In this document: positions 1 to 11,561 of the stretch, piece by piece | Position numbering within the stretch: the first letter of the stretch is position 1 | How the letters are laid out: every line of letters begins with the position of its first letter | Notes under the pieces: generated by a model | What the model was told of the DNA's origin: nothing | Databases searched by the model: none | The model's input: only the letters and a program-made list of their open reading frames with translations | NCBI GenBank assembly: GCA_030390025.1 | Contig: CM059432.1 | Span: 150,662,001 to 150,726,000, forward strand | Direction: 5' to 3' | Source of the DNA: Squalus acanthias | Lineage: Eukaryota | Length of the DNA stretch: 64,000 nt | Made by a program: the position numbers and the translations under genes

Positions 1-24
1 GCTCCTAGTTTCTATGTTTCTATA
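1..24 (+). mobile_element. 3' tail of a CR1 LINE (runs off the window)
   Basis: gctcctagtttctatgtttctat resembles the (TTCTATG)n-type 3' ends of the other CR1 copies here. Confidence 0.5.
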
Positions 25-2636
25 GGGAAGCCCGCTATCCTGGCAAACCCACATACAGCTGTTCTCTCTGTTCAGAGACAAGATAATGTCGTTCCTTCTC
101 CTGGAGTACAGAGCCTCCGTGACCTCCCGGATGCAGCACTTAATGGCGAAATGGGAGATGTTAGCTATGTTGCCTGCTGCAGACTGGAAGGGTCCGCTGG
201 CGAAAAAATGGAGGCCCACTTGTACAGCCATCATCACCCTGCTGTAGAATTCGCAAAATTATCGCGATTTTATAAAATAAGAAGGAGACATAAAGTTTCG
301 TACAAACAGCTTTATTTCAGCAGAATGCTGTCAGGTTTTCAAAACGGACACAAACAGCCTGTAAAATGGCCGCCACGCCTCGTGGCAGAACGTTCTAGAC
401 TTTCAATGAGCAGACAAGATGGCGTTCCAATAAACATTTGTGCAAAATCGTACAGGACTCAGCACATTTGAGATAATTGACAAGACATAATGGGTTTGCA
501 TTTTATACATAAATACTGGAATCGGTCTCCCAGGTGCGAATAAGGGCTATTGTACCGAGCGATCAAGGACCCATCCAAAGACATTAATATGCAAAATCCC
601 CACGACTCTACGATGAGAGAGCCGTTTGCGGGTAGTTACAGAAAGCATTTGGAAGCCCCAAAACCCAACAAGGGAGACTACTAGCCGGTTACACAATGGG
701 AGAAGTATTAACGGGTACTCAGACAGTTACAAGTATCACCGAAACCCATTAAAAACGGAGATCACCCTATACAAGAAGTTTGAGCGCCAAAACCCTGACA
801 AAAGATAGACATTAAGATTGGGCGGGAAAAGAGGAATTACAGCACTATAACTGTAAGGTACAACCGTCCATCTGTCTCTTGCCTCTTGCCTTGTTGCTCT
901 TGTCTCTTGCCGCCTGCCTCTTGCTGCTCTTGCTGTTTTGACTCGCTGGAAGACTATTGAACTTTTATTCTCTTGCCTGACGGCTCTGGACTCTGATCCA
1001 CTAGGATCAACCTCGTGGCTTGCCGTGAAGATCTGTGTAGAACTGGGCTGTGAGGCCTTGAAACGGGCACACCATCCCGAGAAGTCGGTAAACGGTGTTG
1101 GAACCGAAGCCCCGAGATGAGATAAGATGAGATGAGATGAGATGAGAAGAAGACGACAATACGTATCGCCACGGTCAGTAAGCCCCGACCGTGCCTGTAG
1201 GTCGAATAAACACTTTCCTTGCCCAGGAAGACCATTCTTTGAGTTTTACAAACTGGTGAGGGCACAGGAAGACTCTTTTTTGAGTAGTGTCGGAACTCGA
1301 GGACAACACAGATCTTCATGACAGCAGACGGTCCAGCCTGCTAGCCGGAGCAGAAGCGAGTAAACAAGTGGGGTACAGAGACCCCTGATCAACACGTGGA
1401 TAGTCAGGTGCTGCGGTAAAAACATCCGAGCAGAGTTTCGGAATTCTCCGAGTTATCACGAGTGGTGAGCATGAGTCTCGATCCTACAAATCTAGTTTAG
1501 GACAGGTATTGATAGGGGAGGGTTTAAGTTTTAAGGATAATTGTAATGTGTGCCCCCTTTTACGATGTGTCATGCGCTCCTCGTTTCCCTAAAATTAGTT
1601 ACATAACTGTGTGTAAGATTGTACTGTCATTAATCTGTGCTTATGACATGTATCTCGTAATCTTGAATAATATGCAATAAAGATTTTCCATTTCGCACTA
1701 TTCAACCGGGTCTACCTGAGTTTTCTCTGCATTATTGCTCTCGCACCTAAGTCCAGTGTCAGAACCGTAAGGGCGAGTGGGTCGAACCACTCACAGGTGT
1801 CTAGTGTTACCAGGCTGGCTGGAGACCAGAACAGGCAACAAGGCCTAACCTCGCACTAGCACCCAGGCTAAGCACAGAGCCGCAGGTCACCCCTCACACT
1901 GCTCTGAGGTCTGGTTGCAGGAGGTGGCAGAGTTCTGTAACCACTTCCTTGGTGAAGCGGAGCCTCCTAATGCACTGCTCCTGGCTTAAGTGCAGGTAGG
2001 AGAAGTGCTCTTGTAGGACCCAAGGTGGGCAAGGCCTCCTGCTGAGAGCCCTCCCTCTGTGAGCATCTTGTCCTCTTCTTCACTGCCTCCACTCCAGCTC
2101 CCGATGACACTCAAGCAGGAGGGGGACTGCAAGTAGAGCCCCTATGACTGCCAGAAAGTGCTGTGAGCAGAAGCTTTTAATTGAAAAGCAAGGCATTCTC
2201 CACTTACAGCAAGATTCCCTGTGACCTCAGCAACTTTAAACAAGTTTAGAAAGCTCCAAGAGTTGCAGAGACCTAGAGCCAGTAGAAATGAAAAAGCAGG
2301 TCAGCTGCTAGTTGTTGATGATCGCCTTAAATAGCGCAGGTGGGGGCTCCTTCCTGCTGCTGAACACTTGGTCAGCTGGTCGTGATTAAGGGAGGGCCGT
2401 AAGTGGAGCAGCGACTTTCAAAATGGCAGTGCATCAAATCAGCATTGCACACTCACACGTCACGAGCTGCCTCATTTCCATTTCTGCAGCGAGCGCAGGC
2501 AATGGCAGCGCTGCCGACCTGCTCAAAATGGCGGCCACCGCGGCACCCGTCGGCAGTGGGCAGAAGCAAGTTGCCGGTCACATTTACTTCAAAAAGGTCC
2601 TTAACGACTGGCGCTAAACCCCCAAATTTCTAGGCC
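25..2636 (-). mobile_element. Decayed PIF/Harbinger DNA transposon (nuclease 5' part and terminus), split by a solo LTR
   Basis: Reverse complements of 25-242 and 1899-2636 are colinear with the Harbinger copy at 54756-55660. The terminus ggcctagaaattt resembles gggccatgaaattt at 54756. Confidence 0.75.
243..1898 (+). mobile_element. Solo LTR (1656 bp) of a sister subfamily of the provirus at 27676-40388
   Basis: Starts TGTAGAATTCGCAA and ends CCCTCACA. 4-bp TSD CTGC at 239-242 and 1899-1902. Colinear with, but clearly diverged from, the 27676-29344 LTR. Confidence 0.93.
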
Positions 2637-2639
2637 TTT

Positions 2640-3740
2640 GGCTTAGGAATTCGAGTGTGCTGGAAACCTGCTAGTGCCACCGCGGGCCGCAGTTAACGGC
2701 CACCGAAATTTATAGCACTGGCAGCACCGGTAAATTGGTGCTGCTTGGTAATTAACATTAGCGTATCACTAAACTCACTGGGCAAGGCCAGTTCTCCTGG
2801 CGGTAGTCTCAGCGGGAGGCCCAATGTATCGTGGCCGTACCGTCATAGCAGCAAGAACAGCCTTCTCCTAAAGCAAGGCTGCCATTGTAGAAAGCAGTGT
2901 GGTCCCTTAAAGGGGAACTGCCTTCTAAAATGAAAAAGATTTTTAAAAAGGCAGTAATTAGCCCTTAGAGCTCAACTGCCTTCTGAAAAAAATTATTAAA
3001 AAGAATTCCCAAATGTCAGTCTTCAGCTCTTAAAGCTGAATTGGCTTCCACACCAATAAATAAAAGGGAAAAGTGTTTCAGCACTAACACAAATGGCTCA
3101 GTTAGCCAGGGAAGGGCACCCAGGGTCTCGCACACAGCACGCCAACTTTGTGCAGGGGATCAACACTGCAAGAGAGGCCCTCTACCCACTGAGGCCAGGA
3201 AGCCCTCCAGAAAGAACCACGTGGGGCCAGATCACCGAGGCCATCACAACCAGTGGTGTCACCTCCACCACCTGGCTCCAGTGCCCAAAGAAGCTGCATG
3301 ACCTCAGACCAGTGGTCAAGGTCAGTGAATGCATCTTCAAAAGCTTTCTCCTGCCAACTGCACCACGAGCCTCACACACTATTCAATGAACAATCCCCAC
3401 CACCCCCCCAATCACTCACCTACCAACAACCTGTACCAAACATGAGGCACACCTCACATTCCTAGCTTCACCTCACCCCCTTCGAGGAGCCAGTATTGGC
3501 CATTCTTGGCAGGGGCATGGCTGAGCCCTTGGCCAGCAGTGGGGCTGAAATGAGAATACCAGCATCTTGTATCCTAAGTTATCCTCTTGCTTTCCTGCCC
3601 TCCACTCACCACAACTCCACCCTTGTGCCTTCCTCATTTCACACTCCCAAGAAATGCAGCCTGCCTAGCCAGTGGTTGACCAAGAAGAGGGAGAGGAGAG
3701 TGAAGAAGAAACACCGTCACGCAATTTCACACTCCCAGCC
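2640..3740 (+). mobile_element. Decayed Harbinger-derived element with a Myb/SANT-like gene remnant (~3093-3320)
   Basis: MAQLARE...WGQITEAI...TWLQCPKKLHDL resembles the Harbinger Myb/SANT protein remnant at 9180-9641. The element may continue at 5560-5831 (end ccactttctgggcc). Confidence 0.6.
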
Positions 3741-4174
3741 ACCAGCTTCTCAAGGTCGACCTGCAAGGCCATTTGCAGTGTCCCCCACTGAAAGTCAGCA
3801 GCCTTCCACCAGCCATGCTGCAGCCACTGGGGTAGCATTGTTAAAACCTTTACCTATCATTTCTAATAATAGGCATACACAAGACAGTCAACTAAGGGAA
3901 TATTTGGTGATCAGTTGATTTCTTGATGTCATATTGGATGGATAGATGTATAAAATTGGATTGGAAAGTTTGCTTTGTGGTGGCTTTTATTTCAGCATTG
4001 TGGTCAAGAGTAACAGAGGGAAGGTAGGGTGTGGGACAAATGCTGAAAGGGGAATTGGGGTTGTGGTCACTGATACCGTAGGTGGATGATTCCATGCCTG
4101 ATATCCCCGCCAGAAAGGGGCTTTTGGGCTGCGTCTTCCTCTGCTGCGACTTCCTCTGCTCTCTGCGAGCGGAT

Positions 4175-4297
4175 GCTGGAAATCTGAAATAAAAGCAGAA
4201 AATGCTGGAAATACTCAGGTCAGGTAGCAGCTCGATGTGAACTCTTTCTCTTTCCACAGATGCTGCATGACCGAGTATTTCCAGCATTTCCTGTCTT
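4175..4297. repeat. Head-to-head remnants of a Penelope-like element 3' terminal repeat
   Basis: gcagaaaatgctggaaatactcag ... cacagatgctgcatgaccgagtatttccagcattt is an inverted pair of the tail seen at 52170-52280. Confidence 0.55.
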
Positions 4298-4394
4298 CTC
4301 AGAGGCCTTCCTTTATCATCTGAGGCCTTGCAAGCATCCAGCAGCACACACTGCACACTTTAAAAACTTTTAACTTCTACTGCACCAAGCCACT

Positions 4395-5503
4395 ACATAA
4401 GAACACAAGACGTAGGAGTAGGAGTAGGTCATTTGGCCCCTCGAGCCTGCTCCGCCATTAAATAAGATAATTACTGATCTGATCTTGGCCTCAACTCCAG
4501 TTCCCTGCCCGCTCCCCATAACCCTCGACTCCCTTACCATTCAAAAATCTGTCTATCTCCACCTTAAATATATTCAATGACCCAGCCTCCACAGCTCTCT
4601 GGGGAAGAGAATTCCAAAGATTCACGACCCTCCGAGAAGAAATTCCTCCTCATTTCCATTTTAAATGGGTGCCCCCTTATTCTGAAATTATGCCCCCCAG
4701 TTCAGATTCCCCCACGAGGGGAAACATCCTCTCTGCATCTACCCTGTCAAGCCCCTTCAGAATCTTATATGTTTCAATAAGAGCCCCTCTCATTCTTCTA
4801 AACTCCAATGAGTATAGGCCCAACCTTTCTCCATAAGACGATCCCTTCATCTCCGGAATCAACCTCATGAACCTTCTCTGAACTGCCTCCAATGCAAGTA
4901 TATCCTTCCTTAAATAAGGAGACCAAAACGGTACGCAGTACTCCAGGTGTGGTCTCACCAATGCCCTGTACAGTTGTAACAGGACTTCCCTACTTTTATA
5001 CTCCATTCCCTTTGCAATAAAGACCAACATTCCATTTGCCTTTCTAATTACTTGCTGTACCTGCATGTTAACTTTTTGTGACTCATGTACAAGGACCCCC
5101 AGATCCCTCTGTACCTCAGCATTTTGTAGTCTCACTCCATTTAAATAATAACTTGCTTTTTTATTTTTCCTCCCAAAGTGGATAACCTCGCATTTTCCCA
5201 CATTATACTCCATCTGCCAGGTTTTTGCCCACTCACCTAGCCTATCTATATCCCTTTGGAGATTCTTTGCATCCTCCACACAATTTGCTTTCCCACCTAT
5301 CGTTGTATCAGCAGCAAATTTGGCTACATTACACTCGGTCCCTTCATCCAAGTCATTAATATAGATTGTAAATAGTTGAGGCCCCAGCACTGATTCCTGC
5401 AGCACCCCACTAGCTAGTTTGCCAACCTGAAAATGACCCATTTATCCCGACTCTCTGTTTGCTGTTAGTTAGCCAATCCTCTATCCATGCTAATATATTA
5501 CCC
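4395..5503 (-). mobile_element. 5'-truncated CR1 LINE (ORF2 RT C-terminus and 3' UTR)
   Basis: ORF 4677-5441(-) has GVLQESVLGPQLFTIYINDL...KFAADT...RPHLEYC; CR1 3' tail at ~4395. Confidence 0.93.
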
Positions 5504-6464
5504 TACTTCAATAAAATATAAAAAATCCAGTCCAAAAGCTTAAATGCAAGCTTACCTGAAAGATGTGTGTGTGTCTTTAAGTGCTATCAGAGTCTCTGTC
5601 CGTCTGCTGCACGCTCGCTTTTCAGAGTGAGCTTAGGACCCAACGCTAAACTCAACGCAAAGGTCCAAATTCGCAGAGCATGGCATTCCTGATTGACGTC
5701 ACGCTCTCCGATCAGCAAAATGGCAGCTGCCGAATCCCATACCAGAGGCGGTCATTAGAGCGGCGGCTGCTATTTTTTTTTTCAGGATTCCAGCGCTAAC
5801 GGGTGGTGGTAAGTAGTCCACTTTCTGGGCCATTGTGTATCTGTTTTATTGCTTCACCCTTCTAAATTCCCAATAGGAATAAGAAACAAAAAATGTTGAG
5901 AGCAAAAATTATTATTTTTTTTTATAGAAAGGCTTGCTATTCATCCAATGCGCATACCAAAAATTGAATCTGAAATATTTATATGCAGCATGTGAAAATA
6001 AAATGAAAAATGATGCATTCTACTTGAAATGTGACCTTTCCCACTTATTCATTTCTTTTGCTTTCTTTGCAACTATTATTCTCTTTGATATTTTTCCTTT
6101 GTCCCTCAAGCGCATGCTGTAATGATATGCCAGCTGCATATGCTACAGAAAGGACTTTGTTACCTGTATAAATCAATTCGCCCGAGCAAAAAAATAGGCT
6201 ATTTTTAGACAAGGCTCTAGCTGTCGCCTGGAAGCATCTGCACAGCACACTACATAACACACTGTCTGGTAGTCTGTGAAAGAACAGAAGTAATCAGATA
6301 TTGAAAAAAAAATTGTGAACATGCAGGTACGTTTACGTTAATTGTTTGCTTCATTGTAAAGATGATTATAAACGTGATTTTGTAGTTGAAAGTAGCAGCT
6401 ACGCTGGCTGATTAATTTGGATTTTCCTTATATAGTCAGATTTGTTTCAATATACCATTCACCA

Positions 6465-6612
6465 GTAGCACCTCTGACAGTGCCGCAACTCCCTCAGTAC
6501 TGCACTGGGAGTGTCAGCATAGATTTGTGTGTTCAAGTCTCTGGAGTGGGACTTGAACTCACAACCTTCTGACTCAGAGATGAGAGTGCTACCCACCGAG
6601 ACACTGGTGACA
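6465..6612 (-). mobile_element. 5' part of a tRNA-derived DeuSINE (SacSINE1-like)
   Basis: Reverse complement matches the head of the SINE at 26233. Confidence 0.8.
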
Positions 6613-9600
6613 CGCAAGATCTGCTAGATAAGGGTTAACAGATGAGCAATTTTAATAAAATAATGGAGGCTTTAATTCCCATCAGCCATGTGCTGTAAAT
6701 ATTAATCTGCATTAATTTAAAAAGTGTTTTAGGAATGAGCTGTGGTTGTGTATATAACCTAAATATACCTATATAAATAAAAGGACCATAATACAGGTCA
6801 GTCATGACAAATTAATACAAATTGATCTTTACAGTACTTGGATGGGGAGTCGAGCAATTCAGCTTGAGTTTGAGGCTGGAAGCCAGATGATGGGTGAATT
6901 TAGGGGCAGCAGGCCTGATGCTGAAGATAAGTATTGAGGCCCCAGCCCAGAATTAAGAGGTCATAACAAGGCAGTCACCTGCAGCTGGGGTAGCTAGAGT
7001 GACTCCATTTTGAGCACGGATTTAGGTGTCTAGACTTTGCAAGTCTTTTCTGCAACCTCGGAAGCCACTCTGACCTCATTGCTACTATCACAACATTGAC
7101 AGATTGCTTCTGTCATCTCTACTTGACCTGCCATCTATTACATCAGCATGGGTGCCACTTATACTGTCTCACCTTGGTCCTCAGAATCGGACCAGGATGA
7201 GCCCTAACACCCTCCCTCAGCTCTTCGCACCGCCAAATACACATATCAGCTGGCTGCTTGGAGACAAGGGCTATCCACTGAAGACGTGGCTCAGGACACC
7301 CTTGAGGAGGCCAAGTACAGAGGCTGAGGAGTGCTATAATGAAAGCCACATGTCCACCAGATGTGTCATAGAGCAAGCAATAGGCATGAAGATGCCTTGA
7401 CAGATCTGGAGGAGCCCTTCAGTACGCACCAGCCAGGGTCTCCAGAATCATCGTTGTCGTCTGCTGCGCGCTGCACAACATAGCGCAGCAACGAGGATTA
7501 GCGTTGCACCAGCAGCAAGGCGCAGAGCGCACAGCCTCTTCAGAGGAGGAGCTTCAGCTGGAAGATGAGAAGCAGGAGGAACCCGAGGTCCAAGTGCCAG
7601 CAGCACTGGAGCACATTGCTGCCCAGGAGGCCAGGGATGGCCTTATCATGGGCAGATTTACTTAACTTCCTGCATTACACCCATATGGCTGCGCCAGGTT
7701 CCCCACCCAAAAACACCATAAAGCATCCCTATAATGACCAAGCCATTCCTTTCACACTGACCAACATTGCTGGAGGTAACATTATGTCTCACCATTCACT
7801 CCAACTCACTAAGTCACTTCCAAAGTAGCATACAAAAATGGGCATGACTGGAAAGTGGTGAAAATAATAGTTCTACATCTGTCATAACAGTAACAGAAAC
7901 TTAACAATAACACTTCTTTAAACACCTATGTGCATCTACTTCTGTCATCTTTCCCTTACGCGTGCTTCTAAGAGGTGCAACCCCTGTGGCTTCAGCAGAG
8001 GTAGAGGCAGCCTGCTCACTTCCCTGCTGCAATTGCAAAGACACTTTTGATGGACGTCCTCTGGGTTTTGGAGCCTGTGATGGCCCCGCCAGTCTGCTGC
8101 TCCTGTGACTGCGCAGGGGCAGACTCAGCCATCGCGAACCGAGGAGGCATCTGGGGCTCTGACTGGGGGGGGGATGGGAGGGGGCAATGGGGGAGAAATG
8201 AGCGCGCTTTGAGAGGAGCCCCCACTTCCATGTCGCCTCTCACCATCATCCCTCTCATGGACCACCCACACTTCCCTGCTAGCAAGGAGCTGGAGAACAC
8301 CTTGCTGCAGTCCCCATCACCTGCGACATGGTGGTGCTCATGTTGGAGATGGACTCCTCCATTCTCTGCACATTTGCAGCCATCGCGGCCGCAAAGCCTG
8401 CCACAGCCTCCTGCACTTCTTCCTGCACCTCCAGGATCGCCCTCTTTCTGGATGGCCCCCCGAGGCTCAGCGTCTGCATGCAGCTGAGCAGAGCTGGGAA
8501 CGTGCTGCGCCCTCCAGCGAGGAGTCTCTACTGCTGTCACTGACTCCACCATCTCCTCTTGCTCACTTGTGACTTGAGATACCAGGCGACAACACTACTC
8601 TATCTTGCGTAGAACCCATCAAGGTGTGTATAGCTGCGCTGGTGACGCTTAGATGACGGTGCACCCTCAGAGGCTGGAGTCATCTTCCCCCTCCAGTTGG
8701 ATAGTGGGGGGGGGGGGGGGGCACTCTTGATGGACTTGTGGGAGGGTAAAGAGATGATTTAGAAATGTTATATTAAGAATCGGTAATGATACCATGATGA
8801 CCATTCACTGGCTGCTGACATCAGTCCCCATATGAGTGACTGCTGTATGCCATATGAGATGTAATTCTGTCACCAGGTTGCCGAGTGGTCCCCCTCTCTC
8901 AGTTTCCCACCACCAGCAGCTCCGCACTCTTGACACCTCCAGGGCAACGTCCTCTGCTGCAGTCAAAGTGGCAAAGGATGGAGGACCACCTCAGGTTCTC
9001 TCCATCTCCCTGTTGTTGTGCGCTCATTTCTCAAGGAGGGAAAGAAAAGAAGTTTGAGTGAGAGTGATGGCATGAGCGTAAAGAATGTGTGGGGGTTACA
9101 TCTGTAGAGGATGACTATGAGGGTTTGTGGTGCCAATGCTAAATGGCCTCCTTGTGTGGCGTCAGTTGGTATGATTGCATTAGGATGAGGGCGAGTGTGA
9201 GGGGTGGTTAGTCAGAGGGGGATGTGAGTATGTACATAGAGAGGGATGAGTGGACGTGCAAGGCAGGTTGTGTGAGTAATGATGTGTAGGAGCAGGCTTG
9301 GGAAGGCAGAGTGATGGGGGATGTGGTAATGGGCACAGCAGGATGAAGGTGAGCTTGGCTTTGCACTCACCTTTCCTGATCTCGAGGTCATTGAAACGTT
9401 TCCGGCACTGCACCCAGGTCTGCCTCACCACATCCCTGCTGTTTACCTCCTTTGCAATTTGGAGCCAGGCTCTTCTTGTCTCCTGGGGAGGTCTCTTCCA
9501 CCCATCAGCAGAGAACAGGACCTCCCTGCGTGTTCTGACTCCCTCCACAAGAATATGTAGGGAGCCATCTGAAAACCCGGGTGCAGCCCTCTGTCTCTGT

Positions 9601-9701
9601 GAAGCCATGTTTTCAAGTCTGCGCAAAAAGCAGGCATGCAATATCCTCCCTACACACTCCTAGATGAACCTTTAAATGCGATGTTGCCAAGGCTGCTTTA
9701 A

Positions 9702-11501
9702 CCTGCTGACAAGGGTGGCGCTGTTGTTGTTTGGCCAACCGACCTCTACCTAGCGGAAGTTGAACGCCAACTCTCTGACACCTCCTCCTACCTCCACCTG
9801 GACCATGACCCCACTACCGAACATCAAGCCACCGTGTCCAAGACTGTCACTGACCTCATCTCCTCTGGAGATCTTCCCCCCACGGCCGCCAACCTCATAG
9901 TTCCCCAACCCCGCACAGCCCGCTTCTACCTCCTTCCCAAGATCCACAAACAGGACTGCCCCGGTAGACCCATCGTTTCAGCCTGTTCTTGCCCCACGGA
10001 ACTTATCTCTTCCTATCTCGACTCTATTTTTTCTCCCCTTGTCCAGTCTCTTCCCACCTACATCCGCGACTCTTCCGATGCCCTCCGCCATTTTAACAGT
10101 TTCCAGTTTCCCGGCCCCAACCGTCTCCTCTTCACTATGGACGTACAATCCCTCTACACCTCCATTCCCCACCAGGATGGCCTGAGGGCGCTCCGCTTCT
10201 TCCTTGAACAGAGGCCCAACCAGTCCCCATCCACCACCACCCTCCTCCGCCTGGCTGAACTTGTTCTCACATTGAACAACTTCTCCTTTGACTCTACCCA
10301 TTTCCTCCAAATTAAAGGTGTTGCTATGGGTACCCGCATGGGTCCTAGCTATGCCTGCCTTTTCGTGGGATATGTGGAACACTCTTTGTTCCAGTCCTAC
10401 TCGGGTCCCCTCCCTCACCTCTTTTTCCGGTACATTGATGACTGTATCGGTGCCGTCTCCTGCTCTCGCCCTGAACTAGAACATTTCATTCACTATGCTT
10501 CCAATTTCCACCCTTCCCTCACCTTCACATGGTCCATCTCCGACTCTTCCCTTCCCTTCCTCGACTTCTCCATCTCCATCTCTGGGGATAGGTTATTGAC
10601 TAACATTCACTACAAGCCCACCGACTCCCACAGCTACCTGGACTACACTTCCTCCCACCCCGCCTCCTGTAAGGACTCTATTCCATTCTCCCAGTTTCTC
10701 CGTCTCCGCCGCATCTGCTCTGATGATGCCACCTTCCATACCAGTGCTTCCGACATGTCTTCCTTTTTCCTCAACCGAGGATTCCCCTCTACCGTGGTCG
10801 ACACGGCCCTCGACCGTGTCCGTTCTATCTCCCGCACATCTGCCCTCACCCCTGCCCCTCCCTCCCGGAACCACGATAGGGTTCCCCTTGTCCTCACCTT
10901 TCACCCCACCAGCCTCCACATTCAACGGATCATCCTCCGCCATTTCCGCCACCTCCAGCGTGATCCCACCACCAAACACATCTTCCCCTCACCTCCCCTT
11001 TCAGCATTCCGTAGGGACCGCTCCCTCCGCGACACCCTAGTCCACTCCTCTACCACCCCCAGCACCCCTTCCCCTTCGCCCGGCACCTTCCCGTGCACGC
11101 GCAGGAGATGCAACACATGCCCTTATACCTCCCCTCTTCCCACTGTCCAGGGCCCCAAACACCCCTTCCAGGTGAAACAGCGATTTACTTGTACTTCCTG
11201 CAATTTAGTATACTGTATTCGCTGCTCACGATGTGGACTCCTCTACATTGGGGAGACCAAACGCAGATTGGGTGACCGCTTTGCGGAACACCTCCGTTCA
11301 GTCCGTAAGGGGGACCCCGAGCTCCCGGTGGCCTGTCACTTTAATTCACCGCTTCACTCCCACTCTGACCTCACCGTCCTCGGCCTATTACACTGTTCCA
11401 CGGAAGCTCAGCGTAAGCTCGAGGAACAGCACCTCATCTTTCGTTTAGGCACGCTACAGCCCTCTGGACTCAATATCGAGTTCAACAATTTTAGATCATA
11501 A
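9702..11501 (+). CDS. Penelope-like reverse transcriptase plus GIY-YIG endonuclease (N-terminally truncated, no internal stops)
   Basis: RT motifs PADKGG, FYLLPKIHK, RPIVS, MDVQSLYTSI, GVAMGTRMGPSYA and RYIDD. Endonuclease NLVYCIRC...LYIGETKR...RFAEH. Confidence 0.93.
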   Translation, partial: PADKGGAVVVWPTDLYLAEVERQLSDTSSYLHLDHDPTTEHQATVSKTVTDLISSGDLPPTAANLIVPQPRTARFYLLPKIHKQDCPGRPIVSACSCPTELISSYLDSIFSPLVQSLPTYIRDSSDALRHFNSFQFPGPNRLLFTMDVQSLYTSIPHQDGLRALRFFLEQRPNQSPSTTTLLRLAELVLTLNNFSFDSTHFLQIKGVAMGTRMGPSYACLFVGYVEHSLFQSYSGPLPHLFFRYIDDCIGAVSCSRPELEHFIHYASNFHPSLTFTWSISDSSLPFLDFSISISGDRLLTNIHYKPTDSHSYLDYTSSHPASCKDSIPFSQFLRLRRICSDDATFHTSASDMSSFFLNRGFPSTVVDTALDRVRSISRTSALTPAPPSRNHDRVPLVLTFHPTSLHIQRIILRHFRHLQRDPTTKHIFPSPPLSAFRRDRSLRDTLVHSSTTPSTPSPSPGTFPCTRRRCNTCPYTSPLPTVQGPKHPFQVKQRFTCTSCNLVYCIRCSRCGLLYIGETKRRLGDRFAEHLRSVRKGDPELPVACHFNSPLHSHSDLTVLGLLHCSTEAQRKLEEQHLIFRLGTLQPSGLNIEFNNFRS

Positions 11502-11561
11502 CCTCAGCTCCAATCACATTTATATTTTATTTTATCCACCCTTTTATTTGTCCCCCCCCAC
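9702..11561 (+). mobile_element. 5'-truncated Penelope-like retroelement (PLE)
   Basis: Frame opens at PADKGG (9702) immediately after Harbinger sequence. CTTTAA(C) on both sides (9696-9701 and 11562-11567) is a probable TSD. Confidence 0.9.

Noticed and set aside
9978..11116. Several minus-strand ORFs of 60-146 aa
   Set aside because: Antisense shadows of the C-rich Penelope ORF
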